The notes beneath the pieces are model-generated. The model was not told the origin of the DNA. It ran no database searches and saw nothing but the letters and a program-made list of their open reading frames with translations. A stretch of 64,000 nucleotides of DNA from the human T2T-CHM13v2.0 reference genome, Homo sapiens. A program made the translations under genes and the position numbers. Numbering within the stretch: position 1 is the first letter of the stretch; the number at the start of each line of letters is the position of its first letter. This document shows, one piece after another, positions 56,225 to 64,000 of this stretch. Where the stretch lies: NCBI RefSeq assembly GCF_009914755.1, contig NC_060936.1. The stretch is one strand, 5' to 3'.

Positions 56225-56315
56225 AGATATATAAAAAACGTAAAAAATATCTATTGCTACTTACGCACGCCAATCATTTTTGGGTTTCTTTTTAAAGAAG
56301 CTGGTGACGTAATTT
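56225..56315 (-). promoter_or_regulatory. Candidate regulatory cluster: CRE-like TGACGTAA, CCAAT box, GCGTG core, TATA-like element
   Basis: tgacgtaa 56305-56312, gccaatca 56269-56276, cacgc 56266-56270, atatataaa ~56227-56235; locally more CpG than the surroundings. Motif match only. Confidence 0.3.
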
Positions 56316-57799
56316 CCAACACAATGTTGAAAATCTCAACACTACACTTGGAGACTGATTTCAACATTTTGAAACATAGATTATGTAAAAGAGAAGATTA
56401 GCGATTTTCTTGAAACCTAAAAACTTGAAATGCTAACTGTTTATCTTAAAACACTTACAGTCTTGCTAAACTTTCTGTTAAGTAGGCTTGAAATGGGGTC
56501 TGTGACCCATTTCGAAACTGCCATGAGACTTGCTGCAAAGTTTGCTACTGTTACTGTGAAACAAACCCCAGGTGTTCTCAAACTACCTTGGGGAAAATCC
56601 TACACACTCCTTTTTTGGAACTTGCAGGGAACAATATGAAAGAAAAGAACCAGAATGGTTCCTGGATTCAGGAGCTCTCAAAGCTCTTTTCAAAGAGTTA
56701 CCTTTAATAAATACATGACTTAAGCTCCCTGTTCCATGACTAGTTTCAAGTTGGTCATTTGAGAAGAATACAGACTCAGGATCCGAGCATCATTAGCCTC
56801 TTATGTCTTTTTTTGTTATGTACTTTTCTATACATTTTCAGTAGGAGTAATCTTTTGGACTCAATGCCGTTCTCAAGTGTATGTGTCGGCTTTGCCCATG
56901 TTCACTCTGCCAGCCTAACACACCCTAACCTAAAATTGAATTTGATTAACTGTGTTTTGTTCACAATAAATCATCATCCACTTTGAAGACTCTGGTTTCA
57001 TTATCATGTGAATATCCCAGGATGTCACAAGTCAATTTGTGTCCTCAGCTCCATACATAGTCTAACACATTCTACTGTGCACATTAACTGGAAATTTCCA
57101 ATTTCTAGAAAACATTCATATTTCTGATACTTTGCCAGTAGCCACTGTTCCTGCAGGCTTTCACTTAATGCATTTGGGCACAAGTATCGATCCTCAGCTG
57201 GAGTGCATTCCTCTGGACTAAACTGCTGCCAGGTAGAATTCTGGTAACAAACACATTGAGCATCTTCAAGGCGGACATGAATGTTCTCTGGATAAGTAAA
57301 TTCCAGTCCCTGAAACACTAACCTGTAACAACTGCTATTTCATTTCTCTTTCCAAATCTATTTAATCTATGAGAATAGCCAATGGAAAGGTACCTGGAGT
57401 TTTCTATGTATTATTCATAAATCAAAAATCGTTGAACTAAAACTTTCTGCATTTGCATAAATTATTCAAAATAGAATTAAAATTTATTGAATATTCATTA
57501 TTACTTCAAAAGCCTGTTTAACAAAATCTGTCAATTTTCCAAGTGTGTGCTTCCTTAACATTAGTACCAAAGTGTCCACCAACCTATGCCAGTTATAACC
57601 ATTGTTTAGGAAGTAAATCCATGGCTGCTGTACATACTTCAATTCCTATTTTATTTCTTAGTGCTTCCAACTTGTTGATGTCAAGAGAGTGATCACCTAC
57701 AGTTCCTTAGTAATGTCTCACAAATCCATCATACCTATCCATGAAAAATTCTAAGGAGAACTGATAGAGGCAATTTTTATTTTAGAGTATGATTAGAAG

Positions 57800-57921
57800 T
57801 GTTTACGATATCTAATTATTTAATGCTCTTTTGTGTATTTTATGTAAGCATACAAATGCATAACTTTATGTAAATACATAAAATGCACAAAAGAGCATTA
57901 AATAATTAGATATTGTAAACA
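57800..57921. repeat. 47-bp-arm inverted repeat (hairpin), 28-nt loop
   Basis: 57800-57846 vs 57875-57921, 45/47 complementary. Confidence 0.97.
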
Positions 57922-58549
57922 GACTGTATAGACTAAATAGAGTGGACTTTTTAATCATACACTTAAAGAAATATGCTGTCCCTCAACTCCGCTCTTACTA
58001 ATCCAAAACATTCTATTTTCATATGTTATCTCAGAGTCACTGCTACATGTAATAGGCAATTAATTGCAGTTAGTCATGAGTTATGAATGATAACTAATTT
58101 ATACAATAAGATAAATTAGTGAATTGTAATTGTGTATAGATTCTTACTGATAAATTTAGTTTCTTATTTAATAAGTTATTTTTTCTATTATTTTAGCAAA
58201 TTCACATGTACATATTTATTTTTCTAATATATTCTACCTCTTCTAAATATGGAGAACAATGATTCAAGATAATGTTAAGTGTTAGGTCCATCAAAATTAC
58301 ATACTACAGAAAGTGGAAAGATAGAGTACTTGAAATTTCTAATTGTAGATTATTCAGTTAAGCCTATTTTTCTTAACAGTAAATTGTATATAGATGTTGA
58401 TATCTATGTACATTTGCCTAAGTGTTTCATCTATAACAACATACTAATATTTCAAGTAACAGATATCTGGAAGCCCTACATAAATCCAACAGGCTAGCCA
58501 TTGCTTATTTGGGAGGAAACTGATATAAAGATTTGGTTTGTGTGTAAAT

Positions 58550-59850
58550 AAAAACTATATTAAATGTAAGTTGATTGAACACTCCAACCAAAAGACAGAG
58601 ATTGACAGAATGAGTTTAAAGAATGACATAATTCAACTACAAAAGATATTCATATTCAAAGAAGCAAAAAAGTTGAAAGTAAAGAATGGAAAAAATATAT
58701 ACCACATACCATGCAAATAGCAATCAAAAGACAGCTGTAGAGGCTCTATGAATATCAGGCAAAATAGACTTTAAGGCAAAAATTGGTATGAGAGAAATAA
58801 ACATTTTATAACTGTATCAAATAAAATGATTTATAAATTTATATAATTTTATATATCTAGTGCAGGGATTTTTTTAGTCAATCCATCAGGAAAATATAAG
58901 TAGAAGCATATATGCATCTGAACCTGAACCCCAGAATACAGAAGCAAAAACTGACAGAATTAAAGGAAGAAATAGATAATTCAACAATTGCAGTTAGTGA
59001 CTTCAATATCATACTTAAATGATGGATGGAACATCTAGGCAGAAGATCAAAATGGAAAGAGAAAACTCGAATGATCTAAAAAAAAAAAAAGTTAGACCTA
59101 ACAGATGTCTATAAAACATTCCACCAACATCAGCAGAATACACATTTGTGTCAAATGCACATGAAACCTTCTCCAGGTTATATCATATGGTAGAGGAAAT
59201 ATAAGTCTCAATAAATCTATAAGTATTAAAATTATACAAACTACATTCTGCGATCACAAGCAATTAACATAGAAGTGTACAATAGAGGCAAATTGGAAGA
59301 GTTCACAAATAGTCAGAAATTAAACAACACATTCCTAAGTAACCAATGGATCAAAAAAGATGTTATAAAAGAAATTAGAAAATACCTTGCAACAAATGAA
59401 AACAAAAAAAACACTAAAACTTCTTAGATAAATTTACAGCTCTCCCCAAAGAAACATTTATAGCTCTAAACACATATATTGAAAAAGAAGCTCTCAAATA
59501 AATAACTTTCCACCCTAAGAATTAGGAAAAGAAGAGCAAATAAGCCCAAAGCAGGCAGAAGAAAGAAGTTAATACATATTAGAGTAGAAATAAAGAATTC
59601 TAAAAAAGAGAAAATCAACAAAACCAAAATTTAGTTTTTTCAAAAGATTAACAAAACACACAAGCCTAACTGAACTTACTAAAAGAAAAGAAAGGAAGGA
59701 GACTGAAATTACTAAACTTAGGAATGAGAGGGTATCACTAGCAACCTCAAACAAACAAAAAGAATTATAAGAGAATACTATGAACAACTATATACTGACA
59801 AATTAAATAACTTCACTGAAATAGACAAACTACCAAAACTGATTTAAGCA
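58550..59850 (+). mobile_element. Old L1M ORF2 fragment (endonuclease and following region), degenerate
   Basis: taaatgtaa...ctccaaccaaaagacagagattg (NVNGLN.PIKR), aaaatagactttaagg, gtgacttcaatatc (GDFN), gagaatactatgaacaactatat. Confidence 0.88.
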
Positions 59851-60914
59851 AACATATGGATGACCTTTTACTTTCTTTTTTTATTATCTTTAATTTTATT
59901 TTGTCATCTTGGTTTCTATCTAATGACAAGTGTGGGTTACTTATTTATTTTTTCATTTGTAAAATAAAATTACTTTTGTAAATACTTCAAAGAGAAAATA
60001 GATGGATTAAAAATAATCTAGCATTTTTCTCAAAAATATAAAATAAAAGCTTCTTATGAATCACAGTTTTCTCTTTAGAAATAGTAATAATTACAAGGTA
60101 GGAATCACTTATAGATGTAATGCATGAAAAGAAAGTCATAAGTAAACACATCATAACAGAGAAAGAAAACTGCACAAAGAAAATAACTTGGAATTTAATG
60201 TTTATAAAATCCAAAAATTAAGAATAAATAAATAAAGGCTAATAACCAGAGCTGACTTGGCAGGGAAGGCTTTCTTCCACCAATCTGAGTTGTAACTGAT
60301 CCATTGTGTTTGAAGAGCTCTGTGTTTATGGCTCTTGTGTTTTCTCAAAAGTACAGCTAAGAAAGATTGAGTTATTAAATCTTAATTCAACCCAATAATT
60401 TTTTTATTATTTGCATTTTTTTTCTTTTCGTATAACCCCTATTTTATAATAAAATTGAATCATGGTTGTATGTATGCCAATGTCTCAAGATTTTCTTACT
60501 CCTTGATAGCCTTTGATCTATAATGCATTAAAAATTTATCTTAAATCTTCAATCATCATTTCCAATTTTATCTCAATCTCTGCATTTTATCTTCTATATT
60601 TGAATGACAACTCTTTGCTTAAAATGTATAATATGAGATTGCCAGAGACTAAAATGAGCTCAATATCCAAGTAATTTGGAATTGCTATCTTTAAATGTCT
60701 AATCTCATCTTGCTATTCATCATTTGCCCTCCTAAAACTGAAAAAATAAACGCAACTTTTTAAAAAATGAATGATTTGAGAAAAACCGAAATACATTACT
60801 ATGTTAGGCAAAGCAATCAAGCCCTGGAAAAAACTCTATGACTTTTAAATACCTTTTTTTTGAGTATTTACTATGTTTCAGTCTAGTAGGTATACACAAT
60901 AATCTGTAAAAATA

Positions 60915-61110
60915 TAACAATAAGGAATATTTATTAAACACTTGTCTATATGCTAGTTATTGTATTTAGTTCTTTACTAAACATCTATCCCAGCCCTATT
61001 TTGAAAACAGGGAACTGAGTCAGAGAAGTTAATTGCCTAAGGCCATAAAGAAGCTGGAAAGTAGGGCTGCCAGGCTGCAGATTCAAAGTTAGTGTCTAGA
61101 CTGAGCTCCC
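60915..61110 (-). mobile_element. MIR SINE fragment
   Basis: atatttattaaacactt...cctattttgaaaacagggaactgagtcagagaagttaattgcctaagg. Confidence 0.6.
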
Positions 61111-63429
61111 AACTACAAAGCTATAATTATCAATTGCATAGTTTCTATATGCCAATAAATTTCACATAAATTTACCAGGGAAAATATAATTAAGTAAGAA
61201 TTAAACAAAGTCCGTTAGTTTTGAGAACCACAAATGGTGAAAACAACTTAAAAAAATTTTTTTGACAACCGCATTCTATTTCTTACCATACCAAAACTGG
61301 CAGAGGGAGAATTTCTCAAATATGTTTTTAAATTTATTTCTTTGTCAAATTTAACCCCAAATTATTTTGCTGTCTGTGAAGGTTGTAAATAATGTATCAG
61401 TCTATGAAAGTGACTTAGAAACTAGAATCTGGTCAAATATATTTAATTTGAACAAAATGAATAATAGAAATCTCCTTCAATATCTTTGGAAGCAAAATTT
61501 ACTTGAACTTTAAAGACTCTCTTCCTTAGTTTAGGCCATAGCTATGATTATTTACACAATTTTGCTCACAAGTACAATCCAAATGATAATACTAAGAGAA
61601 AGATTTTCCTTTTTGAAAGCCAGACAGATGATGTTTTTAATCATCAGTCTTCAGTTTAGACAGGTGCCAAAAGGAAAGGACAAACATTTTTTGTCAGTCA
61701 TCTCTCCACTAAGTAATTTATTACAGGGAGCCTTCTTTTCTGAAGCCCAGAAACTAATACAAACATTAGATCATAGTAATTAAATAATCACTTTCAAACA
61801 TAAAGCTAGTTGAGATTGCCTTTGTCTGAGGCCTTGAGATTCTTTCCCAGGTATGATTTCTATCTTAGCACATAGAGCAGTACCTGGCACATAATGAGCA
61901 TTGAACAAAAACATTTTTGAATCATTGACTATCACAAAATAGATATAAAATTACAGCAATTCTGAAACTAGTTGAATTAACAATATTCAATGAAATAGTA
62001 CAAGTTACTCAAAGTTTATAATATCTTCAGTGATGTTCCATTACTACTGATAATGTCATTTAAGTGTGCAAAATGATAATTTATTCTTTTAAAATTTATG
62101 AAATCAAAAGAGATATAGGAAGATGGTTGTATAATAAGATTACTATGTCCCTCGGGAAAATTCTCTTTAGCTCCTACGAAAGCAAAAAGGAATGTAATTT
62201 ACTTTTTCACTTTTGGTAATGTATAATGTCCTATGTATTCTATTTTAAAACAAAGTAAATTTTAAAAACCTATTTCAAAATTGTAATTCTTATAAATTAC
62301 TATGATTGTTGTTTTCTTTCTTTTCTTTCCTTCTCTTTTTTCTTAGAGAAATTTGACAAATAAAGGGGGAAAATAGACTCAGAGAACAAGAGCTATTAAT
62401 AAAAGATAAAGTGAATTATTTGCAAACAAGCATCTACATCTTTTTCTCTGCTACAGTGTCTTGGAATCTCTTATCCTTTCACAGGTATCAATGTTATGAG
62501 AATGTCATTAACTGCTGTTGAAATCAGAAGATTTTTAAACCAAGGACCTGATTGCTTGTGATTACTTTTTCCCTAGGCCTGCAAAAGAAAGGCGACATAA
62601 CATTAGCAATAAAATTTGAAAATGGGGGAAATTGCTTATTTTAATCTTTTCATATATTGTTTTAATCTATGACTAAGTAAAAGAAAAACAAGTTCCAGAC
62701 CATTTCAATGTTTTAAAATTATAACTACCTTTTTCTTTTCTCAAGGTGAAGTCACTAGAATTCCAAGCTCAGAATATAACAAAAAAGTAGATGAAAATGG
62801 CTTAAAAATAATTAGCACTTTATGATTTTACAAAGCTCTTCCTCGTACATTCTCACATGTGATTTCAGTAATCCTTTAAGATAGCAAAATGGAGGCTTAA
62901 AGGGAGTAAGTGATTTGCTCAGGGCCACAGAAATAGCAGAGTGGCCCAGACAAAAATCTAGCTCTTCAGATGCTTTTTCAAATGTACCAAGAGGAAGACA
63001 GTTGTCCCTGGTTTCAAGCTATCATTCAAAACTTTGGGATTCAGGACTCCTCTGAATCAAAAATCATGGAATTCTAGATACAGAGGAATACAGATAGGTT
63101 ATCTAATTCAAATCACTCAATTTACAGATGAAAAACCTGAATACCTGAATGTATTCACTCAACTAAATATGTTTGACTTGTTAGAAAAACCCAAAAAAAG
63201 TTCTTTAATTACAGTCCATATGTTAGTTTTTCTTCTCCAATGTTGTCATTACTTAACTGTATGTGAATCAGTAAGACTAGCATGTCACAATGATGTAATT
63301 TCTTTCTTTAATATGCCGTTGATGTTGAACTTTTTTTCTTTCCAGGAAGAGAGTTCTCAGCCAAGAGATGTTAACTTTTGTCAACAGCTCCCATATTTGA
63401 ACTTCTCCACGTTTCAGGGCAACACCCAA

Positions 63430-63960
63430 TAGTTATCTCAAAGCTTCTGCAAGTTAAAAGTTCTGGCACAGCATAGCTCAGAATCTCACAAGGCTGTATC
63501 AAGAGGCTGTCTGGGCTGCATACTCATTTGGGGGCGGGTGTACTCTTCCAAGCTTATTCAGATTGTTGTCAGAATTTTGTTCCTTGAAGTTCCTGTATTC
63601 TTGCTAGCTGTCAGCTTGATGTTACTTTCAGTTCCTAGAGGCCACTCTTCGGTCTTAACCACCTGGGCCTCTCACAATATGGCAGCTTACTCCTTCAAAG
63701 CCAGCAGGGGATCTTACTAAATTTGAATGTCTCTGACATTTTCTGTATCTGACCTCTAGACTCTTTTTTAAAGGGATCACCTGATTAGGACAGGTATACC
63801 CTTGATAATCTCCTTTTTTATTAAGTTAAACTCAACTGATTAGGAGCCTTAGTTACTTCGGCAAAATCCCTTCACCTTTGCCAGGTAATGTAACCTAATT
63901 ACAGAAATATCCCTTCCCATTGACAGCCCTCAACCATGCTGAAGGGAAAGAGATTATATC
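63430..63960 (-). mobile_element. MaLR solo LTR, MLT1F-like
   Basis: tctcacaaggctg...ttcagattgttgtcagaatt...atggcagcttactccttcaaagccagcag...ggcaaaatcccttcacctttgcc. Confidence 0.8.
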
Positions 63961-64000
63961 AGCTGAGTACAGTAGGACTGGGAAGAAATTATATAGCCTG

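Noticed and set aside
57025-57318. 97-aa Cys-rich minus-strand ORF
   Set aside because: Non-ATG start, no recognisable domain and no convincing flanking acceptor/donor pair; length is within chance expectation.
63034-63432. Longest ORF (132 aa)
   Set aside because: Non-ATG start, overlaps MIR-like sequence (tttacagatgaaaaacctga), composition typical of random AT-rich DNA.

Overview
AT-rich, CpG-depleted primate (human-like) non-coding DNA. It carries four AluY-type SINEs with target-site duplications (TSDs), one Alu monomer, many MIR, L2 and L1 fossils, several MaLR solo LTRs and DNA transposons (Tigger2, MER58, MER5). I cannot support any protein-coding gene, RNA gene, CpG island or prokaryote-type system. 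The supplied ORFs are either chance ORFs or repeat read-through. L1 fossils are mostly on the + strand, which suggests the window lies in a long intron of a minus-strand gene (inference; gene not identified). Two structures are not explained by ordinary repeats. One is a 238-bp, indel-free, ~94%-identical inverted duplication (3710-3947 / 4341-4578) whose left copy splits an old L1 and has a stuttered junction, suggesting a fossil template-switch repair event. The other is a 47-bp-stem AT-rich hairpin (57800-57921). There is also a three-level nested transposon, an atypical L1 ORF2 insertion, a few candidate cryptic or non-coding exons and a motif-dense candidate regulatory region at ~55.0-56.4 kb. 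Repeat subfamily names are from recalled consensus sequences, and old-repeat boundaries are approximate.
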